Shown piece after piece: positions 10,434-19,941 of a stretch of 32,000 bases of DNA; within the stretch, counting starts at the first letter, position 1, and each line of letters opens with the position of its first letter. Origin of the DNA: Candidatus Pelagibacter sp. HTCC7211 (GTDB taxonomy: Bacteria > Pseudomonadota > Alphaproteobacteria > Pelagibacterales > Pelagibacteraceae); contig NZ_DS995298.1 of assembly GCF_000155895.1 (NCBI RefSeq), forward strand, positions 1,380,001 through 1,412,000, written 5' to 3'. Both the position numbers and the translations under genes were made by a program. The notes beneath the pieces were generated by a model. That model was not told the DNA's origin. It searched no databases and was given only the letters and a program-made list of their open reading frames with translations.

Positions 10434-10510
10434 TGGCGCGCCTGCTAGGAGTCGAACCCAGAACCTCCTGATCCGAAGTCAGGCGCTCTATCCAGTTGAG
10501 CTACAAGCGC
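10434..10510 (-). tRNA. tRNA-Arg, anticodon UCG, with encoded CCA
   Basis: The reverse complement was folded by hand: acceptor GCGCTTG/CAGGCGC, D arm GCTC-AACTGGATA-GAGC, anticodon arm CCTGA-CTTCGGA-TCAGG, variable loop AGGTT, T arm CTGGG-TTCGACT-CCTAG, discriminator G, then CCA. It is 77 nt long. The acceptor and D arm closely resemble E. coli tRNA-Arg(CCG). It is the only GC-rich patch in the window. Confidence 0.9.
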
Positions 10511-10533
10511 ATATAGTATTAATATTACATTTT

Positions 10534-11511
10534 ATGGAAAAAAACATTAATTTTATTGTTGAAGAAAGTGAAAACAATCTAAGGGTTGATGTAATAATAA
10601 ATAAACGTGAACAGTTAATTAGCAGAACTAGAATTAAAAACTTAATCCTAAAAAATAAACTAAAATTAAATAATAAGATTGTTATAAGCCCATCAAAAAA
10701 AGTTGTTACTGGTGATAAATTAAGTCTTAATATTCCAGAACCTGAAGAAGCTTCACTAAAGCCTTATAAATTTAAATTAGATATTATTTATGAAGATGAG
10801 GATTTATTGGTAATTAATAAACCCGCTGGAATAATTATGCACCCTGGAGCTGGGAATTATGACAAAACAATTGTCAATGCTTTAATGAATTATGATAAAG
10901 ATTCTCTTTCAAATATTGGTGACGAACTTAGACCTGGCATAGTTCATAGAATAGATAAAAATACATCTGGATTAGTTGTTGTAGCAAAAAATAATGAAAC
11001 ACATGAGAGTTTATCTAAACAATTTAGTGACCATTCTATAACAAGAGTTTATCAACTTCTAATTTGGGGAAAACTAAGACCTTCTTCTGGTAAAATTGAT
11101 ACTTTCATAACTAGAAGCTCAAAAAATAGACAACTGATGGAGGTTAGTCGATCTAAGGGAAAGCGTGCAATAACAAATTATAAAACTATAAAAATCTTTG
11201 AAAGTAATAAAACACCAACATTAAGTTTAATAGAGTGTAAATTAGAGACTGGAAGAACTCATCAAATACGTGTCCACATGACTTATATGGGAAATAGCAT
11301 AGTAGGAGATGATAAATATAAAAAAAAATATAAAAAGTTAAAGAATGTTGATGTTGGATTAGAAAATTTAATTTCTAAATTGAAAAGACAATTCTTACAT
11401 GCAAAAACATTAGGGTTTGTTCATCCTAAAACAGACAAAGAAATGATTTTTTCCTCAAATTTGCCAAAAGAACTAAATAATTTATTAAAAATGCTTAAAA
11501 ATACTGACTAA
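10534..11511 (+). CDS. rluD: 23S rRNA pseudouridine synthase, RluA family (RluD-like, with N-terminal S4 domain)
   Basis: LRVDVII in the S4-like N-terminus, DEDLLVINKPAG, the catalytic HRIDKNTSGLVVVAKN, and TGRTHQIRVH. Confidence 0.85.
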   Translation: MEKNINFIVEESENNLRVDVIINKREQLISRTRIKNLILKNKLKLNNKIVISPSKKVVTGDKLSLNIPEPEEASLKPYKFKLDIIYEDEDLLVINKPAGIIMHPGAGNYDKTIVNALMNYDKDSLSNIGDELRPGIVHRIDKNTSGLVVVAKNNETHESLSKQFSDHSITRVYQLLIWGKLRPSSGKIDTFITRSSKNRQLMEVSRSKGKRAITNYKTIKIFESNKTPTLSLIECKLETGRTHQIRVHMTYMGNSIVGDDKYKKKYKKLKNVDVGLENLISKLKRQFLHAKTLGFVHPKTDKEMIFSSNLPKELNNLLKMLKNTD

Positions 11512-11555
11512 TAAATCATTGAAAAATAATTATACTTAATTAAATAAATACATCC

Positions 11556-12449
11556 ATGAGCACAACATATAACAATAACCTACCAGCCCTTACTAACGAG
11601 GGAGGACTTTCAGCGTATTTGGAACAAATTAAAAAGTTCCCTATGCTTGCAGCTGAAGAGGAATATATGTTGGCAAAAAACTGGAAAACAACTGGAAATG
11701 TTAAAGCAGCAGAAAAATTAGTTACAAGCCATTTAAGATTAGTTGCTAAAATTGCAATGGGATACAAAGGATACGGTCTACCTGTAAATGAAATGATATC
11801 TGAGGGAAATGTAGGTCTTATGCAAGCAGTAAAAAAATTTGAGCCAGAAAAAGGTTTTAGACTTGCGACTTATGCAATGTGGTGGATTAAAGCCTCTATC
11901 CAAGAGTACATATTAAGATCATGGAGTTTAGTAAAAATTGGGACAACTACAGCGCAAAAAAAGCTATTTTTTAATTTAAAAAAAATTAAAAATCAAATTG
12001 CACCTCAAACTGAAGGTGATTTAAGAAACGAACACGTAAATGAAATAGCTAACAAGCTAGATGTAAGCAAAGAAGAGGTTGTTTCAATGAATAGAAGACT
12101 CTCTGGTAAAGAGTTTTCTTTAAATGCTCAAGTTGGTGAAGATGGAGATGAATGGCAAGACTGGTTGGTGGATAAAGAATTAGACCATGATTTAAAATTT
12201 GCACATCAAGAGGAAATGGAACAGAGAAAAGATTTATTAAAAAATTCAATTAAAGTATTAAATGATAGAGAAAGAGAAATTTTGTACTCAAGAAGACTTA
12301 ATGATGATCCTACAACATTAGAGGATTTAAGTAAAAAATACAAAATTAGTAGAGAAAGAGTTCGTCAAATAGAAAATAAGGCATTTGAAAAACTACAAAA
12401 ACATATGCTTCTTTTAGCAAAATCTAAAAATCTATTACCAGTTAATTAA
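11556..12449 (+). CDS. rpoH: RNA polymerase sigma-32 (heat-shock sigma factor)
   Basis: Sigma-70 region 2 ([38 protein letters not shown]) is followed by the RpoH box ([11 protein letters not shown]). Region 4 is [16 protein letters not shown]. The rluD-rpoH neighbourhood is common in alphaproteobacteria. Confidence 0.9.
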   Translation: MSTTYNNNLPALTNEGGLSAYLEQIKKFPMLAAEEEYMLAKNWKTTGNVKAAEKLVTSHLRLVAKIAMGYKGYGLPVNEMISEGNVGLMQAVKKFEPEKGFRLATYAMWWIKASIQEYILRSWSLVKIGTTTAQKKLFFNLKKIKNQIAPQTEGDLRNEHVNEIANKLDVSKEEVVSMNRRLSGKEFSLNAQVGEDGDEWQDWLVDKELDHDLKFAHQEEMEQRKDLLKNSIKVLNDREREILYSRRLNDDPTTLEDLSKKYKISRERVRQIENKAFEKLQKHMLLLAKSKNLLPVN

Positions 12450-13738
12450 ATATCAAAAGGATTTTCTACTAAGATAGTATCATCTCGTTCTGGACTAGTA
12501 GAGACACTTGATACTTTTGCCCCAATAAAATCTTCTACAGCATATATATAATTTTTTGCGTTTTCTGGTAATGCATCCATATTTTTTATTCCATTTGTTG
12601 AAGTTTTCCATCCTGGAAATGTTCTATAAACTGGTTTTATTTTTAACTGATCTTCAACTGCAGCAGGTAAATAATCTATTTTTTTTCCATCGAGTTCATA
12701 CTCAACACACATTTTAATTTCATCCAATTCGTCAAGAACATCCAGTTTTGTTAGTGCTATCCCGTCAATACCAGAAATTTTTATCGTTTGTCTAACAAGT
12801 ACCCCGTCGAACCATCCACATCTTCTTTTTCTACTAGTTACAGTCCCAAATTCTTTTCCACGTGTTCCTAATAATTCTCCAATATCATCAGTTAATTCTG
12901 TTGGAAAAGGACCTTCACCAACTCTAGTTGTGTAAGCTTTTGCAATTCCTAAAACGTAATTTATTGAGTTAGGTCCACATCCTGTTCCTGTTGCAGCACT
13001 TGAAGCAACTGTATTTGAAGATGTAACATACGGATAAGTCCCATGATCTACATCAAGTAAAATTCCTTGAGCTCCTTCAAATAAAATTTTCTTTTTTTGT
13101 TTTTTAAATTCATCAATTTTAAGCCATACTGGTTGTGAATATTGTAATATTTCAGGTGCGATTTTAAGTAAATCAGATTTTAATTGAGCTTTTTCAAAAA
13201 TTTTTTTTCCTAAACCTTTTCTAATAGCATTATGATGGATTAGCACTGACTCTAGTCTTTGATCTAAATTGTTTTCCGATCTTAAATCCATAACTCTAAT
13301 AGATCTTCTGCCTACTTTATCTTCATAAGCTGGGCCAATTCCTCTTCTAGTAGTTCCTATCTTACCTTTACCTGCAGCATCTTCTCTAATCTCATCCATT
13401 TCTCTATGGAATGGTAAAATCAAATTTGCAGCTTCAGAGATTATAAAATTATCAGTCGAAACGTTAATGCCTTTTGATTTTATTTCATCTATTTCCTCAA
13501 GTAATGCCCAAGGATCAACTACAACTCCATTTCCAATAATTGAAACTTTATCTTTTCTCACTATACCTGATGGTAATAATCTCAACTTGTAAGTCACTCC
13601 ATCAATAACCAAGGTATGACCTGCATTATGACCACCCTGGAATCTAATTACCACATCGGCTTGTTCAGAGAGCCAGTCAACAATTTTTCCTTTTCCCTCA
13701 TCTCCCCATTGAGAACCAACTACAACTATATTTTTCAT
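12446..13738 (-). CDS. purA: Adenylosuccinate synthetase
   Basis: N-terminal [17 protein letters not shown], plus [22 protein letters not shown] and GWFD. The length is 430 aa. Confidence 0.95.
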   Translation of the reverse strand: MKNIVVVGSQWGDEGKGKIVDWLSEQADVVIRFQGGHNAGHTLVIDGVTYKLRLLPSGIVRKDKVSIIGNGVVVDPWALLEEIDEIKSKGINVSTDNFIISEAANLILPFHREMDEIREDAAGKGKIGTTRRGIGPAYEDKVGRRSIRVMDLRSENNLDQRLESVLIHHNAIRKGLGKKIFEKAQLKSDLLKIAPEILQYSQPVWLKIDEFKKQKKKILFEGAQGILLDVDHGTYPYVTSSNTVASSAATGTGCGPNSINYVLGIAKAYTTRVGEGPFPTELTDDIGELLGTRGKEFGTVTSRKRRCGWFDGVLVRQTIKISGIDGIALTKLDVLDELDEIKMCVEYELDGKKIDYLPAAVEDQLKIKPVYRTFPGWKTSTNGIKNMDALPENAKNYIYAVEDFIGAKVSSVSTSPERDDTILVENPFDI

Positions 13739-14550
13739 TATCTAAATTTTCTGTTTAAACTAATTGAATTAATGTGGTTAATTGGACCATGTCCTTTTCC
13801 ATATCTTGGGTTTGTTTTTATGGAAGAATTTACATACTTAATTCCAAGCTCACAAGATTTCTTTATCGGTTTTCCACATGATAAAAAAGTAGTTATTGCG
13901 CTAGATAAGGTGCATCCTGTGCCATGAGTGTTTTTAGTCTTATATCTTAGACTATTAAAAATTTTAATTTCAAACTTATTTACTAATATGTCATGAACAA
14001 ATTTATGTTTTAAGTGTCCTCCTTTAATTAAAACATTTTTAGCACCTGACTCTATCAGTTTATTTGCTGCAAAAATCATATCTTCTTTTGTATTAATTTT
14101 TATTTTTGTTAAAATTTCTGCCTCTGGAATATTTGGGGTAATCAAAAATACTTTTTTAATTAATTTTGACTTAAGTGATTTAATTGCTTTTTCATCTATT
14201 AGCTTGGTGCCACCTTTTGCTACCATCACAGGGTCAAGCACAATTTTTTTTACCTGCATATTTTTAATAGATCTAACAACAGCATCTATTACTTTCGTCG
14301 AATGCAGCATCCCAATTTTAATTGCATCAGGCTTTATATCTCTTGAGCTAAAATTTATCTGATTTGATATTTCCTTAGGCTCAATAGCAACTATTGATTT
14401 TACACCTGTGGTATTTTGAGCTGTGACTGCTGTAATTGCAGTCATTGCATAAGATCCTAGTGCAGTTACTGTTTTTATATCTGCTTGTATGCCTGCTCCT
14501 CCTGACGAATCAGAGCCTGCTATAATTAATACCTTAGATTTTGTTTTCAA
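13738..14550 (-). CDS. thiD: Hydroxymethylpyrimidine / phosphomethylpyrimidine kinase
   Basis: [38 protein letters not shown], and [11 protein letters not shown] in the ribokinase-fold anion hole. The length is 270 aa. Confidence 0.9.
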   Translation of the reverse strand: MKTKSKVLIIAGSDSSGGAGIQADIKTVTALGSYAMTAITAVTAQNTTGVKSIVAIEPKEISNQINFSSRDIKPDAIKIGMLHSTKVIDAVVRSIKNMQVKKIVLDPVMVAKGGTKLIDEKAIKSLKSKLIKKVFLITPNIPEAEILTKIKINTKEDMIFAANKLIESGAKNVLIKGGHLKHKFVHDILVNKFEIKIFNSLRYKTKNTHGTGCTLSSAITTFLSCGKPIKKSCELGIKYVNSSIKTNPRYGKGHGPINHINSISLNRKFR

Positions 14551-14551
14551 T

Positions 14552-15883
14552 TTACTTAATTTTTCTTGAGATTAAATCTACACATTTTTTTAAGAGTTCT
14601 TTATTTTCGCTTTCACCCATCACTCTTATTTTAGACTCTGTACCTGATTTTCTAACCACTATTCGTCCCTGACCTTTTATCAATTTTTCTGCAATTTTTA
14701 TAGATTTTTTTGTATCTGGATGATTTATTATATTTTTATTTTTAACTTCTATATTTTCTAAAATTTGTGGTGTTTTTTTAAATTTATTAAAATAAATACT
14801 GGCTTTTTTTCCTTTTCTAATTGTAAACAATGCTTCTAACGCAACAAGTAGCCCATCCCCTGTTGTTGCAAACTTTCCTAAAATAATATGACCAGATTGC
14901 TCACCACCCAAATTAAAGTTTTTTTTTTTCATTTTTTCTTTGACGTATCTATCGCCTACATTTGCTCTAATAAATCTTATTTTTTCAGACTTAAAAAATT
15001 TTTCTAATCCATAATTTGACATTAAGGTTCCAACTACGCCACCTTTTAACATTTTTTTTGATTTCCATCTTGTAGCTAAAGCTGCAATTATTTGATCACC
15101 ATCAATAATATTTCCTTTTTCATCACACATAATAATTCTATCAGCGTCACCATCTAAAGAAATTCCCAAATGTGCTTTATTTTTTATTACAGCAGATTTT
15201 ATTTTGTTGGGATAAGTTGAGCCACATCTTTTATTTATGTTAAGTCCATTTGGTTTTACACCAATTGTAATAACTTTTGCACCTAATGAATTTAATAATT
15301 CTGGACCAGCTTTATATCCTGCACCATTTGCACAATCAATTACAATTCTTAAACCCTTTAAATTAAAATCTTTAGTAAAATTTTTTTTTAAAATTTTTAA
15401 ATAATCTTTTGTTCCAGTTTCTAATCTTTTTACTCTTCCTAATTTTTTAGGTTGAGACAAATGAATTGATACTTTTTTATCAATCAAGTTCTCTATTTTT
15501 TTTTCAATTTTGTCAGACAATTTCATACCATCAGGACCAAATAGTTTTAATCCATTATCTTGATGTGGATTATGTGAAGCAGTGATCATAATTCCCATAT
15601 TTGCCCTCATTGATTTTGTCAACATAGCTAAGCCATTTGTCGGTAAAGGTCCTAGCGTATAAACATGCATACCTGCGGATGTTAAACCTGAAACAAGCGC
15701 AGGCTCTAAAGTGTAGCCAGAAAGTCTAGTATCTTTGGCAATTATTGCTGTTTGTTTAATTTTTTTTTGTGACCTAAAGTAAGTTCCTGACGCTAAGCCA
15801 AATTTAAAAAACATATCACCGTTAATATTTTTACTATTAACTCGACCCCTAATTCCATCAGTTCCAAAATATTTTTTTGACAT
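14552..15883 (-). CDS. glmM: Phosphoglucosamine mutase
   Basis: YFGTDGIRG, the active-site ITASHNPHQDNG, the metal site DGDADR, and GEQSGH. It lies downstream of ftsH-folP as in E. coli. Confidence 0.95.
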   Translation of the reverse strand: MSKKYFGTDGIRGRVNSKNINGDMFFKFGLASGTYFRSQKKIKQTAIIAKDTRLSGYTLEPALVSGLTSAGMHVYTLGPLPTNGLAMLTKSMRANMGIMITASHNPHQDNGLKLFGPDGMKLSDKIEKKIENLIDKKVSIHLSQPKKLGRVKRLETGTKDYLKILKKNFTKDFNLKGLRIVIDCANGAGYKAGPELLNSLGAKVITIGVKPNGLNINKRCGSTYPNKIKSAVIKNKAHLGISLDGDADRIIMCDEKGNIIDGDQIIAALATRWKSKKMLKGGVVGTLMSNYGLEKFFKSEKIRFIRANVGDRYVKEKMKKKNFNLGGEQSGHIILGKFATTGDGLLVALEALFTIRKGKKASIYFNKFKKTPQILENIEVKNKNIINHPDTKKSIKIAEKLIKGQGRIVVRKSGTESKIRVMGESENKELLKKCVDLISRKIK

Positions 15884-16935
15884 TAGTTATTTAATAACTC
15901 TTTAAAGACTTTTACTCCTTGAATCAATTCGTTTACATCATGAATTCTTAAAATTTGTACTCCTTGCATCATCAAGTATATAGAAGAAGCAACTGTTCCA
16001 CCTATTCTTTTCTTAGAGTCATTATTTTTTGCAACTTCTTTAATAAATCTTTTTCTTGAATTTCCCACAAGTATAGGAAAGCCCAAGGAGTGGAAAATAG
16101 AAATTTTACTTATTAAATTCATATTATGTTTCAGATTTTTTCCAAAACCTATGCCCGGGTCTAATATTATATCGCTATGTTTTATGCCAATAGATCTTAA
16201 AGTTTTGATTTTCTTCTCAAAAAAATCATAAATTTCTAATAATTCATTTTTGTAAGTGGGCTTAATTTGCATGTTTTCTGGGGTACCTTTTGAGTGTTGA
16301 ATTACAAAAGGAATTTGATATTTTTTGAGAATATCTAATGTTTTTTTATCGTAATTTAATCCGGATACATCATTTATAATTTTAACACCAAGTTTAATAC
16401 CTTTTTCCATTATCTCTGATTTTCTAGTATCTAATGATACAGGAACTTTTTTGCAGACTAATCTAAGTATTCTATAAATTCTATTCCATTCATTTTTTGG
16501 ATTTACAGTTTTAGATCCTGGTCTTGTTGATTCACCTCCAACATCAATTAAATTAGCTCCCGCACTAGTCATTTCAAGTGCATGTTTTATGCCTTTGCTT
16601 GTTTTATTAAATCTTCCACCATCTGAAAAACTATCTGGTGTAAGATTTAATACCCCCATAATGTTTGGTAATTTTTGAAAATTTAAATTTGAAAAATTTT
16701 TATTTTTTAATGTAATTTTATTAAGATCAAAAATAATTTGTTTTTGCAGTTTTTTAGATAATTTTTTTAAATCTTTAATAAAGATTTTTTTCTTTGATTT
16801 TCTGGTTATTATTTCTATATGGTCAAATGATATTTCTTGTAGACCATTTAAAGGAAGTGTTTTTTTTTTACTTAATAATATTTTTGACTCTTTGCCATAG
16901 TAGAAATTACACGCTCTTGTGTAATATCTTCTCAT
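15883..16935 (-). CDS. folP: Dihydropteroate synthase with an N-terminal extension
   Basis: The core runs from MGVLNLTPDSFSDGG (residue 93) through IDVGGESTRPG, DPGIGFGK and GNSRK. The ORF is open for 92 further codons upstream. Starting at residue 93 instead would leave an atypical 282-nt gap after ftsH. Confidence 0.85.
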   Translation of the reverse strand: MRRYYTRACNFYYGKESKILLSKKKTLPLNGLQEISFDHIEIITRKSKKKIFIKDLKKLSKKLQKQIIFDLNKITLKNKNFSNLNFQKLPNIMGVLNLTPDSFSDGGRFNKTSKGIKHALEMTSAGANLIDVGGESTRPGSKTVNPKNEWNRIYRILRLVCKKVPVSLDTRKSEIMEKGIKLGVKIINDVSGLNYDKKTLDILKKYQIPFVIQHSKGTPENMQIKPTYKNELLEIYDFFEKKIKTLRSIGIKHSDIILDPGIGFGKNLKHNMNLISKISIFHSLGFPILVGNSRKRFIKEVAKNNDSKKRIGGTVASSIYLMMQGVQILRIHDVNELIQGVKVFKELLNN

Positions 16936-16941
16936 CTACTT

Positions 16942-18849
16942 TTAATGAACTATTTTTGGTTTCAAGCCCATCGCACCTAGGGCTGAATTTTGATCATCAT
17001 TTTCCTCAGGTTTCTCAATTATCTTATCTTTTGGATATAAATTTTTACTGATTATATTTTCAATTTCTTCACCTGTTAATGTTTCATATGTCATTAGCGC
17101 TTTGGCTATCTTGTGTAAATCATCTATTTTTTCAGTTAATATTTTCTTTGCTTGATTATAACCTTCGTCAATTAGTTTTCTTATTTCTTTGTCTATTTTC
17201 TGAGAAGTCTCCTCTGAAACTGATTGTGTTTGAGTAACAGATCTACCTAAGAAGACTTCCTCTTGATTTTCACCATATTCTACAGGTCCCATTACCTCAC
17301 TCATACCATACTTTGTTACCATTGCTCTAGCAAGTTGAGTTGCTTGATTTATATCTGATCCACTTCCTCCACCAGCTCCTGTGGATATGTCATCTTTTCC
17401 ATAAATTATTTCCTCAGCAACTCTGCCACCAAAACAAACTGCCATCCTAGCTTTTAAATACTTAATTGAATATCCATGCTTGTCTCTTTCTGGTAAATTC
17501 ATAACCATACCAAGTGCTCTTCCTCTTGGAATAATAGTAGCTTTGTGAATTGGGTCATAACTAGGCATATTAAAAGATACTAAAGCATGGCCACCTTCAT
17601 GATATGCTGTAAGTTTTTTTTCATCTTCAGTCATTACCATTGAACGTCTTTCAGCACCCATCATTACTTTATCTTTGGCTTCTTCAAATTCTGTTAAAGT
17701 CACAATTCTTTTATTTTTTCTTGCTGCTAATAAAGCTGCCTCATTAACTAAATTTGCAAGATCAGCTCCTGAAAATCCCGGCGTACCTCTGGCTATAGTT
17801 CTTAAATTTACATCTGGAGCCATTTTGATTTTTTTAACATGAACTTTTAAAATTTTTTCTCTTCCAATTATATCTGGATTAGAAACAACTACTTGTCTAT
17901 CAAATCTACCTGGTCTTAATAGAGCTGGATCAAGAACGTCCGGTCGGTTAGTTGCAGCTATTATAATTACACCTTCATTAGTATCAAAACCATCCATTTC
18001 AACTAACAATTGGTTAAGTGTTTGTTCTCTTTCATCATTTCCACCACCTAAACCAGCACCTCTACTTCTTCCCACTGCATCAATTTCATCAATAAATATT
18101 ATGCATGGTGAATTTTTTTTACCTTGTTCAAACATATCTCTTACTCTTGATGCCCCAACACCAACAAACATTTCTACAAAGTCTGACCCAGATATTGTGA
18201 AAAAAGGTACACCCGCCTCCCCAGCAATTGCTCGAGCTAATAATGTTTTACCAGTTCCTGGAGGTCCAACTAATAATGCACCTCTAGGTATCTTTCCACC
18301 TAGTCTACTAAATTTTTTTGGATCTTTTAAAAATTCAACTATTTCTTCAACTTCTTCTTTTGCTTCTTCAACTCCTGCAACATCATTAAAAGTAACTTTC
18401 CCCTTAAGTTCATTCATCATTTTGGCTTTTGATTTTCCAAAACCCATAGCGCCACCTTTTCCACCTTGCATTTGTCTCATAAAGAATATCCATACAGCGA
18501 TTAGTAACAGCATTGGAAACCATGAGAGTAAGACACCAAACAATGATGGCATTTTTTCTTCCAAAGGTGCAGCTGAAATGCTCACGCCCTTATCAGATAA
18601 TTTTTCAATTAAATTTGGATCATTAGGAGAGTACGTAGAAAACGAGTTTCCATTTGAGTAAACTCCTTTTATATTATTACCCTGAATTTCAACCTTTAAA
18701 ACTTCACCATTTTCTACTGATGTTAAAAATTCTGAAAATATGATTTGGTTTCCACCTCTAATATTTGATTGGGGATTTTTGAACATATTGTATAGACCAA
18801 TTGTTAAAAAAACAATGATGCCCCACATGGCTAGATTTTTTAAATTCAT
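16942..18849 (-). CDS. ftsH: ATP-dependent zinc metalloprotease FtsH
   Basis: Two N-terminal TM segments, AAA Walker A GPPGTGKT, Walker B IIFIDEID, the second region of homology [20 protein letters not shown], and the zinc site HEGGH. Confidence 0.95.
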   Translation of the reverse strand: MNLKNLAMWGIIVFLTIGLYNMFKNPQSNIRGGNQIIFSEFLTSVENGEVLKVEIQGNNIKGVYSNGNSFSTYSPNDPNLIEKLSDKGVSISAAPLEEKMPSLFGVLLSWFPMLLLIAVWIFFMRQMQGGKGGAMGFGKSKAKMMNELKGKVTFNDVAGVEEAKEEVEEIVEFLKDPKKFSRLGGKIPRGALLVGPPGTGKTLLARAIAGEAGVPFFTISGSDFVEMFVGVGASRVRDMFEQGKKNSPCIIFIDEIDAVGRSRGAGLGGGNDEREQTLNQLLVEMDGFDTNEGVIIIAATNRPDVLDPALLRPGRFDRQVVVSNPDIIGREKILKVHVKKIKMAPDVNLRTIARGTPGFSGADLANLVNEAALLAARKNKRIVTLTEFEEAKDKVMMGAERRSMVMTEDEKKLTAYHEGGHALVSFNMPSYDPIHKATIIPRGRALGMVMNLPERDKHGYSIKYLKARMAVCFGGRVAEEIIYGKDDISTGAGGGSGSDINQATQLARAMVTKYGMSEVMGPVEYGENQEEVFLGRSVTQTQSVSEETSQKIDKEIRKLIDEGYNQAKKILTEKIDDLHKIAKALMTYETLTGEEIENIISKNLYPKDKIIEKPEENDDQNSALGAMGLKPKIVH

Positions 18850-18912
18850 GTGTATAAGATAAGAATTATTATAAGTTTAACAAGTGACAAAATATCATTA
18901 AATAATTGTATT

Positions 18913-19941
18913 TTACGTCTCTTTTGACACAATTATAGTATCATTTACTTTTTTAATTACACAACCGCCTAATGTTAATTTAAATGAAGATTTTGCTTTT
19001 ATACTCTGTAAAATTTTATCTATTTTTTTTCCTCTGACTGGATAGTATTTTTTCCCAATAATTTTTAATATTTCAGTAAATGATCTAAATACAACTTCAT
19101 CCGAGTGTGAAAAAAAATTTTTTTTTAAAATAAGTTTATCTTTAGTTGACAAAATAGTTATGTTTTTTTCTAAATTTTCTTCTACATAATGTTTTATATT
19201 TTCATTGGCTAATTTCAAATTTCTAATTGTTAAAAAAAGTTTATTTTTATCTAATCCCTCTAACCCTAATTGATTTATAAAATTTCTTACTTTAACTCTT
19301 TTAAATTTATCATTTTCATTTGATGGATCATTCACATATGATCCGAAAACATACTTACTTAAATAAACTAAATCATTTTTATTAATTTCTAATAAAGGTC
19401 TTATTAAATTGACTGTATCTCTTTGCGTTTCTCTATCTAATGAAACTAATCCGTTAAGACCACTTCCTCTTAAAATTCTAATAAAAAAATTTTCAAATAA
19501 ATCATCTAAATGATGACCTAATAAAATATTTTTTATTCTAAATTTATTAGCCTTTTTAATTAATAATTTATATCTTTTATCTCTAGAAATAGATTGGATA
19601 TTTTTTTCTGGCTTAGATCCTTTCCAGGTTAAAATATTAAGATTAATATAAAAATTTTTTAGAAGTTTTTGAACACTTTTTGCTTCTATTGTCGAATTTA
19701 TTCTAAGTCTATGATCAACAAGAAAATATTTTACATCTAAAGATTTTTTTAAAGAATAAATTTTTGTCAAAAATGAAAGTGCAAGACTATCTGGACCACC
19801 TGATACAGCCACTATTGCACTTTTTCTAACTTTAAGATTCTTTTCAAATTTTTTATAAATTCGAAGAGTGCGTTTATCCTTTAATTTGTCTAATAAAAAC
19901 TTATGAGTCTTGTTTTGTACATTCAAATTTTTTTGACTCAT
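18913..19941 (-). CDS. tilS: tRNA(Ile)-lysidine synthase (short form)
   Basis: PP-loop VAVSGGPDSLAL, plus LGHHLDD and RPLL motifs. The tilS-ftsH adjacency is widely conserved. The start is uncertain: the longest ORF overlaps cpoB by 41 nt, and an in-frame TTG lies 15 nt downstream. Confidence 0.8.
   Translation of the reverse strand: MSQKNLNVQNKTHKFLLDKLKDKRTLRIYKKFEKNLKVRKSAIVAVSGGPDSLALSFLTKIYSLKKSLDVKYFLVDHRLRINSTIEAKSVQKLLKNFYINLNILTWKGSKPEKNIQSISRDKRYKLLIKKANKFRIKNILLGHHLDDLFENFFIRILRGSGLNGLVSLDRETQRDTVNLIRPLLEINKNDLVYLSKYVFGSYVNDPSNENDKFKRVKVRNFINQLGLEGLDKNKLFLTIRNLKLANENIKHYVEENLEKNITILSTKDKLILKKNFFSHSDEVVFRSFTEILKIIGKKYYPVRGKKIDKILQSIKAKSSFKLTLGGCVIKKVNDTIIVSKET

Noticed and set aside
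11519-11547. A candidate rpoH promoter: TTGAAA at 11519..11524, with TAAATA or AAATAA 16-17 nt downstream, just before the ATG at 11556.
   Set aside because: The -10 candidates are poor and the spacer is pure A/T, where such hexamers arise by chance. No sigma-32-type CCCCAT-like -10 element is present. I cannot support it without start-site data.
14551-14551. A TPP (THI-box) riboswitch upstream of thiD.
   Set aside because: The spacer to glmM is a single nucleotide, so there is no room. This is recorded as a finding about regulation rather than as a feature.
18101-18661. A 186-aa ORF antisense to ftsH, surprisingly long for an AT-rich genome.
   Set aside because: It lies entirely opposite the most conserved AAA and protease core of ftsH. 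Its translation is low-complexity (P/S/T/F/I rich) with no recognisable motif. This is a typical shadow ORF produced by the codon structure of a conserved gene.
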